Source: a virus (taxonomy: Duplodnaviria > Caudoviricetes). Taken from it: a DNA stretch of 64,000 nt. The position numbers were made by a program, and so were the translations under genes. The notes under the pieces were generated by a model. That model worked only from the letters and a program-made list of their open reading frames with translations. It was not told the DNA's origin and did no database searches. Shown here in pieces: positions 1 to 10,729 of this stretch. Every line of letters begins with the position of its first letter. Position 1 is the stretch's first letter. The stretch spans positions 67,213-131,212 of the IMG/VR virus record IMGVR_UViG_3300044846_003114; one strand, 5' to 3'.

Positions 1-176
1 TTAGTGTAGTGAGTAATTGTTTCTTCGTCCACCGATTCTGTTACCAAATCAAAATTGTTTTTTTTACACAATTTTTCCAATGCGGGTAGACACGCATCGT
101 AGGTTTCTTCATCATCGAAGATTGCTACCAGTTCAGCATATTTGCCGTTATCCAATTCGAAATAAACTTTTACCAT
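1..176 (-). CDS. hypothetical early protein (runs off window edge)
   Basis: ATG at 176 downstream of TATATTTG promoter (199-206); open frame MVKVYFELDNGKYAELVAIFDDEETYDACLPALEK... Confidence 0.7.
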   Translation of the reverse strand, partial: MVKVYFELDNGKYAELVAIFDDEETYDACLPALEKLCKKNNFDLVTESVDEETITHYT

Positions 177-457
177 AGTGTTGTTTTTTTAGTGTACACA
201 AATATACAACTAATACTTTTATAATCCAAATTTATTTTTAAATATTTTTTTGAGTTAGCGCATGCGCGCAACAATGCTCATGTTTACTGGGGTAATACAA
301 CAGCAGATCACGCTGCAGATCATATCTCCAATAATTACTGGGACACCCCAGTAAACTTCAGCGCTGGTCCGGGCTGTGTTTGCGCTGAGGGTAATACATA
401 AAAAAAGGTGAACATTTCTGTCCACCTTCTTATTCACTAACCACACACTAAAAACTA

Positions 458-772
458 TTAATTCGATATTCTCTTTTCTGTTCTAATACACTCAGCTTCC
501 CACTGCTCACATAAAAGTAATACATCTCCCAACACATTCTCATTCAACTCCCAATAACTTTCTTCATAGGTGTCGATAGCGTCCGAACTACTTGAACGAG
601 GTTCGTACACATTTACTTCTACATAATCTTCGGTAAAATATTCCCCAAGTCCTACATAGTTACCCAATGTACCAACAAGAATACTATTCTCACCTTCTAA
701 TTCTCCAATACTAAAACATCCATTAACTTTTAAGATGTCCGTAATACGATTAATGATTTCTGAATTTTCCAT
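458..772 (-). CDS. hypothetical acidic early protein
   Basis: 104-aa ORF, last gene of cassette before terminator at ~400-430. Confidence 0.75.
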   Translation of the reverse strand: MENSEIINRITDILKVNGCFSIGELEGENSILVGTLGNYVGLGEYFTEDYVEVNVYEPRSSSSDAIDTYEESYWELNENVLGDVLLLCEQWEAECIRTEKRISN

Positions 773-773
773 T

Positions 774-1046
774 TTAAATTGATTTAGTGTTATCCCAAAT
801 TATATTACCATTCTCGTCATACAACTCCTCCGTAGGTTCTCCACCATTTTCTTCGGGTATTAAACCTTCAAGAGTTTCGTCAATATGTTCCCACGGCAAT
901 TCCGTGTTATCACCTCTCTCACGAAAAGCAATTGCTAACTTATGAGCCTCTTCCAATGTTTCAGCTTCAATTTCAAATTCGGTACGATACCATGTCGTTA
1001 CCTTTGTGTCTAAATGAAAGTTAAATGTCGTTTGGGTCTGTGCCAT
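774..1046 (-). CDS. DpnD/PcfM-like small protein
   Basis: TTWYRTEFEIEAETLEEAHKLA resembles the DpnD/PcfM (V/I)EA.s.EEA motif. Confidence 0.5.
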   Translation of the reverse strand: MAQTQTTFNFHLDTKVTTWYRTEFEIEAETLEEAHKLAIAFRERGDNTELPWEHIDETLEGLIPEENGGEPTEELYDENGNIIWDNTKSI

Positions 1047-1152
1047 TTTCTATTGATTTTTTAATTGATAAAATAAGTAATACAATCATTATCAGGAAGG
1101 TTACTATAACCCCAAATCCCAATGATAAATAATATAAAATATTCATTTCCAT
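1021..1152 (-). CDS. small membrane protein (43 aa, not in ORF track)
   Basis: MEMNILYYLSLGFGVIVTFLIMIVLLILSIKKSIENGTDPNDI*, fills the gap between operon genes. Confidence 0.6.
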   Translation of the reverse strand: MEMNILYYLSLGFGVIVTFLIMIVLLILSIKKSIENGTDPNDI

Positions 1153-1157
1153 AAATT

Positions 1158-1355
1158 TTAAATTTCACGAATATACATATAATCTTCCAAATCTTCCAAA
1201 GGTATTCTTCCATTATTTGAACTATAATACCCTTGAACTTTATATCGTTCCTTCCATTTGTCAAAAGCCTCAAATGCTTTTTCCTTTGAAGTGTAGTAAG
1301 GTCTATCGAATTCAATCGTAAACCCGTCGGGGGATAAAACTTCGTACCTTGTCAT
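1158..1355 (-). CDS. hypothetical early protein
   Basis: 65-aa ORF tightly packed in operon. Confidence 0.7.
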   Translation of the reverse strand: MTRYEVLSPDGFTIEFDRPYYTSKEKAFEAFDKWKERYKVQGYYSSNNGRIPLEDLEDYMYIREI

Positions 1356-1356
1356 A

Positions 1357-1554
1357 TTAATCTTGTTTAATTAAAGTTTGAGAATACTCTTGTGTAATAA
1401 GTGTGTCCATGTGTTGTGAACCACTATAACGATTTACTTCTCGTTGGGTTACAACTTGATGAGAACCGACGGGAATAAACCCTTCGTTAATGTACTTGTT
1501 TACTTTTTCGGTCAATCCTTCGGGGGATGAACTTGTTAATACTTTGTACTCCAT
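1357..1554 (-). CDS. DUF1737-like protein
   Basis: YKVL...L.EKVNKYINEGF.PVG...YSQ.LIK pattern. Confidence 0.65.
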   Translation of the reverse strand: MEYKVLTSSSPEGLTEKVNKYINEGFIPVGSHQVVTQREVNRYSGSQHMDTLITQEYSQTLIKQD

Positions 1555-1876
1555 ATCTTTTTGTTTTAGTGTATGACAAAGATATAACTTTTATTTCATT
1601 ATACAAATTTATTTTTAAGAATTTTTTACTGCGCACATTTAAGACTTTTTACTGTGCACATTTAAGAATTTTTTCCTGCACTATCATTCCTAAACATTAC
1701 TGGGTTGAATTGTTAACCAGCGCAAATTTCCTGATCAGCGCGCGCAAAACTGGCTAATGATTACTGGGGTAATACAACATAACCCAGTAAACTTATGGGA
1801 TGATCAGGGACGAGAAATCTGTGGACATAAAAAAAGGTGAGACTTTCGTCCCACCCTTTAATTCGGTGTGTGTTTT

Positions 1877-2299
1877 CTATTTAGAATAGAAATCATCCAT
1901 TCGTTGAAGTACCCTATCCAAGTTACAACCACTTTCAGTTTCCCCATTCCAATAGAAGTGATTCATTCTAATTACCTCTAACGAATTTCCAAGTTCCTTA
2001 CTATGTACGAACTCATTATAACCACCCGAGTAATGTAACCCGTCATTGTCAATTCGTAAATTGTTACGATACTCGATAGTAACATCTTTACCATTGAAGT
2101 TTTTAGTGAACTTAACTCCTTTGATTTTATCTCCTTGAAGTCCACCACTTTTACCTTTACGAACCCAACCAAAATCTTTAATGTAGTCAGTCAAACCATC
2201 TACGATTTTAGTTGATACAATTTCCGAGAAAGTTTCTCTTTCTTCTTTTTGTTTTTTCAAGAACTCCTTATAGGTTCCGATGTTTTGTAACATACTCAT
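1877..2299 (-). CDS. hypothetical early protein
   Basis: ATG at 2299 lies downstream of promoter at 2323-2330; terminator at ~1830-1860. Confidence 0.75.
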   Translation of the reverse strand: MSMLQNIGTYKEFLKKQKEERETFSEIVSTKIVDGLTDYIKDFGWVRKGKSGGLQGDKIKGVKFTKNFNGKDVTIEYRNNLRIDNDGLHYSGGYNEFVHSKELGNSLEVIRMNHFYWNGETESGCNLDRVLQRMDDFYSK

Positions 2300-2658
2300 A
2301 TCATTTATATTTTTAGTGAACACAAATATACATCATAAAACTTTATTATCCAAATATTATTTTACTTTTTTTTAAGAATTTTTTTTCACCTGTGATCACA
2401 GGGGGAACATTACTGGGGTAATACAAATAACCCAGTAAACTTATCACTCTGTCGGAACATGTGGTACTTCGGGTACTTGTGGTACATCTTTTGAGGAACT
2501 TGTGGTACTTCGGGTACAAGAGGAACATTGGCGCTGTGCGCAGGTGAACATTACTGGGACACCCCAGTAAACTTGATCACCGGTGCTGTGCAGATACAGT
2601 GCACAGGTAATACATCCCAGTAAAGTTCCGACCCGGTCCACAGTGTGACGGGGTCATC

Positions 2659-2703
2659 AAACAAAAAACCCCCGAACTAAAAGTCCGAGGGTTTAACAAA
2701 TAA
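2659..2703 (-). terminator. intrinsic terminator, near-identical copy at 6731-6774
   Basis: AAACAAAAAACCCCCGAACTAAAAGTCCGAGGGTTTAACAAATAA; hairpin plus U-tract on - strand; related terminators end the other cassettes (~3805, 4318, 4968, 5797, 7583, 8390, 9386, 10675, 11685). Confidence 0.85.
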
Positions 2704-2718
2704 TCTTTAACCTATGTC

Positions 2719-3579
2719 TTACACCAAATGTACAAGTTCCTTGAAGATTTGTCTCTCACGATTTCCGTAAGTTCCGAACATCTTATTTTCAGAATTGTCA
2801 CCCTTACCCATACTATGAGTTGTGTATTTTGTTACACCACTAAATAAACCCCAAATGTTATCACCCTTTTCTTGAATTTCACCATTAAGGTCAACATAGA
2901 ATCTACTTAATTTATTTTGTGTCACGGTAGATAATGAATCAACATCCTTAATATCAACATTCTTTTCGATATTGAATAACGATTTGATTACTCTATCCTT
3001 GATAATATCATCGAAACGAGTTTCACTCATTTTAACGATAGAACCGAACACATTCTTTTCTTCTTGTACTACACCCTCAATTTGTCGACAGATATCTTCT
3101 ATCTTTAATTCCATATTCTTTGTATGACGTACCTTTGAATCTAAATCTTTGTACACACCGAAGAATGTGTTTTGACAACTGATAGTTTTCGAACTAGGAC
3201 CGAACGATAATGAAGTCGAACCATCGAAAGAATTAATCCCAGTAACATAACCCTCGATTCTATCCGTCCCCAAAGTTAAGTCATTAGATTTTAACTGAAC
3301 GAATACTTTTCGTCCACCACCGAACAAACCACCCCTATGAACATCAAGTCCAGTTTGTTGGGACACTTTGAACAATAGTTCCATCATTTGGTCATTCTGA
3401 TATGGTACATAACCATTAGAGTGAATACCCAAGATTGTACTATCATCCTCACGAACGATACCAATTTTATCAGGGATAATAATTCCTGACGAAGTTTGAA
3501 GTCCTTCGGTACGGACTTTCCAATTTAAACCAGTTCTATCCAAGAACTGACTAACCCGATTGTTTTCTACGATTTCCAT
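2719..3579 (-). CDS. DUF932/DUF945 family phage/plasmid protein
   Basis: GLNWKV, Y.PYQN, G.FGGGRKVF, NSFDGS, I.C.N, K.RHT and WGLFSGVT.Y motifs. Confidence 0.85.
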   Translation of the reverse strand: MEIVENNRVSQFLDRTGLNWKVRTEGLQTSSGIIIPDKIGIVREDDSTILGIHSNGYVPYQNDQMMELLFKVSQQTGLDVHRGGLFGGGRKVFVQLKSNDLTLGTDRIEGYVTGINSFDGSTSLSFGPSSKTISCQNTFFGVYKDLDSKVRHTKNMELKIEDICRQIEGVVQEEKNVFGSIVKMSETRFDDIIKDRVIKSLFNIEKNVDIKDVDSLSTVTQNKLSRFYVDLNGEIQEKGDNIWGLFSGVTKYTTHSMGKGDNSENKMFGTYGNRERQIFKELVHLV

Positions 3580-3847
3580 CTGTTTAATTTTTTATGGTTT
3601 AATAAATGATTGTATGACAAAGATAAATTAATCTGGAGTATAATCCAAATTTATTTTTAAAAAAAACTAATTAATTTTTTTGGTGAGGATCCACCTGTGA
3701 TCAGAGCTCCCAATATTACTGGGGAATCGAATACGTTTACAGATATATACGGATACACCCCAGTAATTTTATGGGATGATCAGGGACGGGAAATCTGTGG
3801 ACATAAAAAACCCCCACATTTCTGTGAGGGTTAAAATCTAAAAAATT

Positions 3848-4117
3848 TTATTCTTTGGTTTCAAACTCCAAACCACTATAAAGAAATTCGGTAATATGAT
3901 TAAGGAACTTCACATACAATTCGTTATCAAATTGAATACCACTACCACTATTTTGGACAATCCTAACGAAAGACATTTTTTTATCAATCGGTAGGTTATC
4001 CATTATCCTTTCGGTAAAATCACTACCAACCCACTCATAATTAATTTCACTATCAACGTGTCCTTCAACAACTGAATAGATAGTTTTCTTTACAATTTCA
4101 ATTTCTTCTTGTGTCAT
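3848..4117 (-). CDS. hypothetical early protein
   Basis: single-gene cassette with own promoter and terminator. Confidence 0.75.
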   Translation of the reverse strand: MTQEEIEIVKKTIYSVVEGHVDSEINYEWVGSDFTERIMDNLPIDKKMSFVRIVQNSGSGIQFDNELYVKFLNHITEFLYSGLEFETKE

Positions 4118-4184
4118 ACATTTTATTTTTTAGTGTCTACAAATATACAACAATAATTGTTATACACCAAATTTATTTTTTAAA

Positions 4185-4873
4185 TCTGACCCTGGTATCC
4201 AAATACATTACTGGGTAATACAAGAACACCGGTTCAGGGACCTGCCGAGAATTAATACTGGGTAAACACCCCAGTAAACTTACCGGACGATCAGGTCGAG
4301 AAAAATTCTTGGACATAAAAAAAACCCCCGACAGAATCGGAGGTCTTATTAAAGTAGGTGGTTTTATTACACCAACAAATCTTGTACTGAATGTTCGGAA
4401 GTTTTTTCATCCCACACATCATCATTCCAATCCTCACCGACTTGGGTACAAGTCTTGTAGAAAATTTCAACAACACCATTCTCGATGGTGACAACTCCTT
4501 CGGTTCTCTCGTTGATAGGAATCAAATCCTTTTCAACAAGGAATAGAAGTACGAGTTCGTACTCCAAAAATTGGTCGGTGTTCTCCGACTCAATGTATTC
4601 AACTTGACCTTGGAAGTCCAAGGAGAACTCAAACTCCACATTGGAATTTAGAGTTTTTTCGATTTGGGAAGTGAACAAAGTGTCCATAGTGTGTAGGTCT
4701 ATTGGTTAGTAGACAATACAAATATAAAAAAGAAATTCCGTTTTACAATACATTTATGAAAAATTATTTTACTTTTTTTCTGACCCTGGTAATCCAAATA
4801 CATTACTGGGTAATACAAGAATTCCAGTTCGGGGACCTACTGGAAATTAATACTGGGTAAACACCCCAGTAAA
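4185..4873. repeat. ~94-bp imperfect direct repeats (4185-4278 and 4779-4873) flanking one gene cassette
   Basis: TCTGACCCTGGTA(A)TCCAAATACATTACTGGGTAATACAAGAA...AATTAATACTGGGTAAACACCCCAGTAAA in both copies. Confidence 0.9.
4367..4687 (-). CDS. hypothetical highly acidic protein
   Basis: 106 aa, E/D-rich; single-gene cassette. Confidence 0.75.
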   Translation of the reverse strand: MDTLFTSQIEKTLNSNVEFEFSLDFQGQVEYIESENTDQFLEYELVLLFLVEKDLIPINERTEGVVTIENGVVEIFYKTCTQVGEDWNDDVWDEKTSEHSVQDLLV

Positions 4874-5023
4874 GTAATACAACGATCAGCTCAGGACCTG
4901 ACTTACGGGTAAAGGTAAATTCCCCAGTAAAGTAATACGTCGAACCGGTCGAGGACCTGATACGAACAAAAAAAAAGGATAGTCTTTCGACTACCCTTCT
5001 TCACCTTTCCAACCTATGTATTT

Positions 5024-5587
5024 CTACACAACTACTCCTTCTAAATGTTGTAATACGGACTTCCCTTCCACCCAACAATCGTCCTCACTATAATAACTTC
5101 CACAACATTCAACTAATGTTTTGTGTTCGTGACCTTTATCACAAGTTTCAATTTCGTAAACTTTGTATTGGTAAACTTCACCCGTTAAGTATTCATCATA
5201 AATTCTAACTTCACTATTCATAATCAAACTTAAATTTTCTACACCCCTTTCAAAATCCTTACCACACATTTTGTTTAATTGTTTTTCACTAATGAAAATC
5301 CAACCAACTTGACCACTATCCCATTGACAACTGAACGGACTTGTACTAATAGTAATTCCACTATGGTCGTACATATACAAAGGTTTAATCAAAAGGACTT
5401 TATGGTCACTTACAATTTGTTCCCTCAATTCATCCCAATTATCAAAGTCACTTGACTTGTAGTCTGTTTTGTCACCAATATCATATCTTTTGTGAAAACA
5501 TACAATAGTAGTAATGTTATCCCAATCGGTTCGTGGATTCATCGGGTCGTTATCGTGTTCGACAACCAATTCAAATTTTCTTTTCAT
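5024..5587 (-). CDS. conserved phage/plasmid hypothetical protein
   Basis: NPR..WDN, PLYMYDHSGITIS, WDSGQVGW and YL.GEVY motifs typical of an early mobile-element family. Confidence 0.75.
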   Translation of the reverse strand: MKRKFELVVEHDNDPMNPRTDWDNITTIVCFHKRYDIGDKTDYKSSDFDNWDELREQIVSDHKVLLIKPLYMYDHSGITISTSPFSCQWDSGQVGWIFISEKQLNKMCGKDFERGVENLSLIMNSEVRIYDEYLTGEVYQYKVYEIETCDKGHEHKTLVECCGSYYSEDDCWVEGKSVLQHLEGVVV

Positions 5588-5848
5588 TGTGTTTATTTTT
5601 TAGTGTACACAAATATACTACTATTATTATTATACACCAAATTTATTTTTTAAATCTGATGGAAAAGTTTTTTTTATTACTGGGATGTATGACAAGGATA
5701 CCCCAGTAATTTTTTGAGTCCGTCTTCCTGATGAGGTTCATCTTGTAATACCCAGTAATTAAAACACAATTTCTCCGAACCAAAATTTCTTGGACAAAAA
5801 AAATCCACCCCTTTCGGAGTGGACTTCGGTTAGTAGGGGAACTAACCT

Positions 5849-6379
5849 TTAAATGAACTCGTAAATGTTTCCGTTGTATGACACTTCTTTAACATTATCC
5901 AAACTTACCGATAAGGTTTGTACCTTTCTTTCACTCGGTTGATTTTTGTAATTGTTTGACTTCACTAACCAACTATCAAACAAAGTTTGGTCAATAGGGT
6001 TTCCCTCAAACTCAAATTCAACTTTTGGTTTCACTTCCATAAACCACTCGTATTGAAGATAATACTTTTTTGTATTTTCGTTGTAAAGGATAACATTGTT
6101 GATATGGTTACCAACTTTATTTTCACTTACTTGAAAATTACCTTCACCACCACCCTTAATTTCATTACCCTTTACTCGTTGTTCGTACTCACCACCGATT
6201 AAAACTCTAACCGATTTTTTCTTCACAACTTTTCCATAATACTTGTTCAAACCTTCCCTACCACCTTTGTTCATTTTAGGGATAGTGTGTGTAACTAAAT
6301 TCATAAATGTAGGATTTTTAACCTCGTTCATCATTTTGATAAACTCACCTTGTAGGATTTTGAAACGATTTTTTTTCAT
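5849..6379 (-). CDS. hypothetical early protein
   Basis: 176-aa ORF with downstream terminator. Confidence 0.75.
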   Translation of the reverse strand: MKKNRFKILQGEFIKMMNEVKNPTFMNLVTHTIPKMNKGGREGLNKYYGKVVKKKSVRVLIGGEYEQRVKGNEIKGGGEGNFQVSENKVGNHINNVILYNENTKKYYLQYEWFMEVKPKVEFEFEGNPIDQTLFDSWLVKSNNYKNQPSERKVQTLSVSLDNVKEVSYNGNIYEFI

Positions 6380-6787
6380 AACATTATTTTGTTTATTTTT
6401 TCAATACTCTAAATTACGAATTTTATCCAATATAAAAAAATATATTTAATACTTTTTTATCCACATTCTTAATTTTTTTTTGTGGACAAATTGTGGATAA
6501 CTTTTTCCCCGTGATCCAGAAAATAAATTACTGGGGAAACGAAGAAAAAAAAATTACAAGGTTGTAAGAAATAAAATACTGGGGTATAAAGAAAAAATCT
6601 GTTGATCTACCTGTTCGATATTACTGGGATGTACCCCAGGAAACTTTTCCTGGACGATCAGATCCAATGGTCGTTGTAATGTAATACCCAGTAATTTTTT
6701 CCTGGAGACTCAGGTTCTACTTCTTCTTCCAAACAAAAAACCCCCGAACTAAAAGTCCGAGGGTTTAACAAATAAATCGTGTCGAGT

Positions 6788-7000
6788 CTAATACATTATT
6801 TCAAACTTATCTTCTTCGGGAATTACGGATAAACTTCTTCCGTTATCCCAATTCACACCATAATAACCCATATCATCAACGAATACAATCGTACCCATTG
6901 TGTTAGGTTGAATAGGGTTTGTCTTTGGGTCGTCATCCATTAGAATCAATCTAATTCTTTTACCAACTAATTCTTTTCTGATTTTGAATAGTTCAAACAT
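6788..7000 (-). CDS. DUF4314 protein
   Basis: MDDDP...GT..FVDDMG...VNWDNGRSLSVIP.ED.F. Confidence 0.8.
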   Translation of the reverse strand: MFELFKIRKELVGKRIRLILMDDDPKTNPIQPNTMGTIVFVDDMGYYGVNWDNGRSLSVIPEEDKFEIMY

Positions 7001-7011
7001 TGTTAAAGATT

Positions 7012-7212
7012 TTATTCGTTAGAAAATAACATTTCCATTAAACCAATAACGACGGGATGAATGTCTTTATTGTTTGAATCTCCCCATTGTTTAACTTCCC
7101 CATTTCCTTGAATGTGAAAATTTGTTTTTGAACCATCGGTCAGTTTGAACCAACCCTTGACTTCATTGTCCCCAATGAATTTCATTTTTTGTGTTGTGAT
7201 TTGTGTAGTCAT
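7012..7212 (-). CDS. hypothetical early protein
   Basis: ATG at 7212 downstream of promoter at 7234. Confidence 0.65.
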   Translation of the reverse strand: MTTQITTQKMKFIGDNEVKGWFKLTDGSKTNFHIQGNGEVKQWGDSNNKDIHPVVIGLMEMLFSNE

Positions 7213-7644
7213 TTTGTTTAGATGTTTAGTACCCAAATATACAACTATTATTTTTATATACAAACATTATTTGTTAAAATTTTGTGAAAGAATTTTTCCC
7301 GTGTTGTTACATGTAATTGATTACTGGGGGTAATACGAAGATGTGGTTTTCCCATCTCACGGTGTTCACATTTACTGGGTGTTCACGGTCCGTGAACAAG
7401 TGTCATACGTGAACATAGAATATCCCAGTAATTTATTAGCATGTGCATGTGCCGCTACGGCGCCTGGTGTTGCGCTGTCTGGCGCTTGAATTCCGTGAAA
7501 AATACTTATTTCAAATGAAAAACGCTTATTATCCATAATATATTGTGAAATACGATTATCATTGGTAATACGCACAAAAAGAAAAACCCCCACCATTTCT
7601 GATGAGGGTTCACTTACTAACCACACTATTAAACAAAACTATTA

Positions 7645-7791
7645 TCACATATCGTACGCAAAAGTAGGGATAAAAAACCAAAACATAAAATAAAATGTTA
7701 AACCAATTAGTATTGCCCCTAAAATAGCATCCCAAAATTCCCTTCGGTCGTTTTTATATGTCCACACAAAGGTTTCTATAAATTCTTTCAT
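7645..7791 (-). CDS. small membrane protein
   Basis: MKEFIETFVW...AILGAILIGLTFYFMFWFFIP, one TM helix. Confidence 0.6.
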   Translation of the reverse strand: MKEFIETFVWTYKNDRREFWDAILGAILIGLTFYFMFWFFIPTFAYDM

Positions 7792-7792
7792 C

Positions 7793-8152
7793 TTAATAAG
7801 AGTTTTGGTTATAGGTATCATACGTGTTATAATTTCTTCCACGATTATTTTCTCGATAGTCATTACGAGAAATACGTTGAGGATATCTCGGTCTTGGTAC
7901 AAAGGAGTTTTCCATTTGTTCATCAATCGGTTGAACATTCCAATCTAAATCCATTTGTTTAGAATTTGCCCAATGAATGTTATAAATTGTTTCAAGTCGT
8001 TCAGTTACAATGATATAACTATTCTCGTTGAAGTGAACTTTGGTTACAGGCTCGCCCGTATTCTTGTCAATGATTTCATACATTGAGTGCACATTTTGTG
8101 GATTCATTACCACTGGTCGTTTTGAATTTGAATTTGTCAGTTTAATTAACAT
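7793..8152 (-). CDS. FlbD-like small protein
   Basis: MLIKLT...PVVMNPQNVHSMYE...TKVHF...IIVTERLETI resembles the FlbD fold; N/R/Y-rich tail. Confidence 0.5.
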   Translation of the reverse strand: MLIKLTNSNSKRPVVMNPQNVHSMYEIIDKNTGEPVTKVHFNENSYIIVTERLETIYNIHWANSKQMDLDWNVQPIDEQMENSFVPRPRYPQRISRNDYRENNRGRNYNTYDTYNQNSY

Positions 8153-8433
8153 AACATTTACATTTAAGGTGAATAATATAATTCCTTTTTGTTGATACAA
8201 AGATATAACAATAATATTAAACCACCAAATTTATTTAAAGAAATTTATCTAATGGTTCCGACGGGAACAATGTATTACTGGGGAAATGAAGATGATGTAA
8301 AATCTGTGGTTCCTCCTGAAATCATTTACTGGGTAATACACCCCAGTAATAAATCCGAATCGACGAGGAGGACAAAAAATCTTGAGCATAAAAAAACCCT
8401 CGTAGAAACGAAGGTCTTTATTTAAAATCTTTA

Positions 8434-9102
8434 CTACTTTATCCGTCTTACAACGACCAAGACCATTGCCGCCCCTTTCTTAGCTCCGTCATTGTTGTCG
8501 AGATACTCGAAAATGTTCTCAATGTCATACTTGTAACCACCCTCACGATTAATAAAAGTTTTGATAACCCTCATAGTTTTACCATTGTCTTGCCCTTTGG
8601 GTATTTGATAAGAGTTCAGCTTATCGATAGTATTACAAAAAAGTGTCGACGGCCCTGGTGTGATTCGTTTGTTGAATGTTAAGGACAAAGTACCACCCAC
8701 CTCGATAATATCATTTCTAAATGTATGTCGAAGCTCTTCGTGGAATGTGCCAATTTGACCACAATAGTCTAGTATCAAATGGCTATACTCCCCTTTGTTA
8801 GCATTAAATATAATATCCGCAATTGAGCCAAAGTAAAGCGATGGAGTTTTCCCAACGAAATACTTCGCCTTTTGTTTCTTGATATTGCGTTTTAGCCTGT
8901 CGAAGGTTAGTTCATCTCGTTCGCACATAACATAGCGATACTTTCGAGAAACATCCTGGTAGATTGTTTTCTCAATTTCAAAATGTTCAGCGGGCAAAGA
9001 TAGAATTTTGTAGTTCTTCGTTTCCGAGTTGTGGATTGCTTCGACCATTATATTTCTGGCCGTACTCTTGTTCGTTCCTTTGTGATTGGTGAAGGTGTTC
9101 AT
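8434..9102 (-). CDS. putative class I SAM-dependent methyltransferase-fold protein
   Basis: ILSLPA (motif I-like), MCERD acidic strand end, ILDYCG (motif IV-like), GGTLSLTF. Confidence 0.45.
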   Translation of the reverse strand: MNTFTNHKGTNKSTARNIMVEAIHNSETKNYKILSLPAEHFEIEKTIYQDVSRKYRYVMCERDELTFDRLKRNIKKQKAKYFVGKTPSLYFGSIADIIFNANKGEYSHLILDYCGQIGTFHEELRHTFRNDIIEVGGTLSLTFNKRITPGPSTLFCNTIDKLNSYQIPKGQDNGKTMRVIKTFINREGGYKYDIENIFEYLDNNDGAKKGAAMVLVVVRRIK

Positions 9103-9438
9103 ATCATAACATTAAAAGATTAAAGAATACACAAATATAATACTTTTTCCATTATACACAAAATAAAAATGTTAATCTTTTCTAAAAATTTATTTATCGG
9201 TCTGACGGGAAAGTTTATTACTGGGGAAATGAAGATGAAGATTTTCTGTAAGAGTAAAAAATCATTTACTGGGACACTCCACCCAGTAATTTAATACTGA
9301 TGATCATCGGAGATTTCTTCAGACTTCACGGAGCATATCCCAGTAAAATATCCGGATGGGAAGATGATGTAGAAATTCTTGGACATAAAAAAAGGGATAT
9401 CATTTCTGATACCCCAATTTTCACTAACACCACAAATA

Positions 9439-9699
9439 CTAATCTTTATAAATGATTTTATTTGTAATGTCTTTTATAATCTCTCGTATTGTATTACCCC
9501 TAACCCCAACTTCAACCATACAACCATAAATGTTGGTTATTATTGTGTAAACGTGTTTAAAGTCACGATACACTTCACGATTACCCCAACCATTACCTTT
9601 CTTAATTGTTAATCTCGTGGATTCCCAACCTTTCTTATTGTTAACGTAAATTGTTATGTTGAAATTAGTATCGTAATACGTCTTTCTATATGTTTCCAT
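9439..9699 (-). CDS. hypothetical protein
   Basis: 86-aa ORF coupled to upstream gene. Confidence 0.65.
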   Translation of the reverse strand: METYRKTYYDTNFNITIYVNNKKGWESTRLTIKKGNGWGNREVYRDFKHVYTIITNIYGCMVEVGVRGNTIREIIKDITNKIIYKD

Positions 9700-9700
9700 A

Positions 9701-10336
9701 TTACTTAGTTAAGATACCCAACTTATGTAGGTCGTTGTAATTAAATGTGTTATTCAACTTCTTACCGAATATGTTTTCGTAAATGATTTCCATATTAACC
9801 TTATTCAACTTCGGTTTCTTAATTCCATACTTCTCACAAAGTTTAACAAAGTTTCGTGTATCACAAACGATTTCAACATTCCTACTTTCTTCGGTATTAA
9901 ACCATTGATTACCCGACTTGGTACCAACCCCACTCACACCAATAGTACAGAATTTAAATCCACCACAATCTCCCCACCAATTATCTTTCATATCCATTTC
10001 ATACACTTTGGTAATTAGAACAAAGATATTCTCATTGTTCCAATGTTTTCTAACCACGATTTGACCTTCAACGAATTTTTTAGTGTCCTTCTTAACAATC
10101 TTTTTAGTTAATCTTTCCACTTCTTCCTCGTAGATTCTTCTCCTCATCATATAATCACTATACATACTATCCTTGATTTTATCCACTCTACTAACGAAAG
10201 AGGTTTCACTTTGATAATACTTGTTCTCCAATTCTTTGATTTTTTCTTTTGTCATCAAGATTTCATTTTCGAAATTTCTTAATGTTGTCGTTTCGTCTTT
10301 ACGAGGTCGACCAACCTTTCTTTTTAATGTTTCCAT
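9701..10336 (-). CDS. hypothetical protein with N-terminal AT-hook and coiled coil
   Basis: KRKVGRPRK AT-hook motif. Confidence 0.7.
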   Translation of the reverse strand: METLKRKVGRPRKDETTTLRNFENEILMTKEKIKELENKYYQSETSFVSRVDKIKDSMYSDYMMRRRIYEEEVERLTKKIVKKDTKKFVEGQIVVRKHWNNENIFVLITKVYEMDMKDNWWGDCGGFKFCTIGVSGVGTKSGNQWFNTEESRNVEIVCDTRNFVKLCEKYGIKKPKLNKVNMEIIYENIFGKKLNNTFNYNDLHKLGILTK

Positions 10337-10729
10337 TTGTTTATGTGTTTAGTGTCCACAAATATAAAACTAATTCCATTATATACAAAATAAAAATGTT
10401 AATCTTTTCTAAAAATTTATTAACCGGTAAACGGGGGATAATGTATTACTGGGGAAATGAAGATGAAGAATTCCTCAAGAGGTGAAATGGATATTACTGG
10501 GATGTATTACCCAGTAATTGATTTCCGTTGGACGGGGTTCCAAAATGGTCTATCATACATGTAATACCCAGTAATGTAATACCGACGATCGTTATAAATT
10601 TCTTCAGAGTTCTGTGTTGAATATCCCAGTAAATTATCTTACCTGTCACGGTGTGTCGGAGATTCCTCCTCAAACAAAAATCCCCCGAAGAAAAACTCCG
10701 AGGGATTCAACAAGAATGGAAAAACAAAT

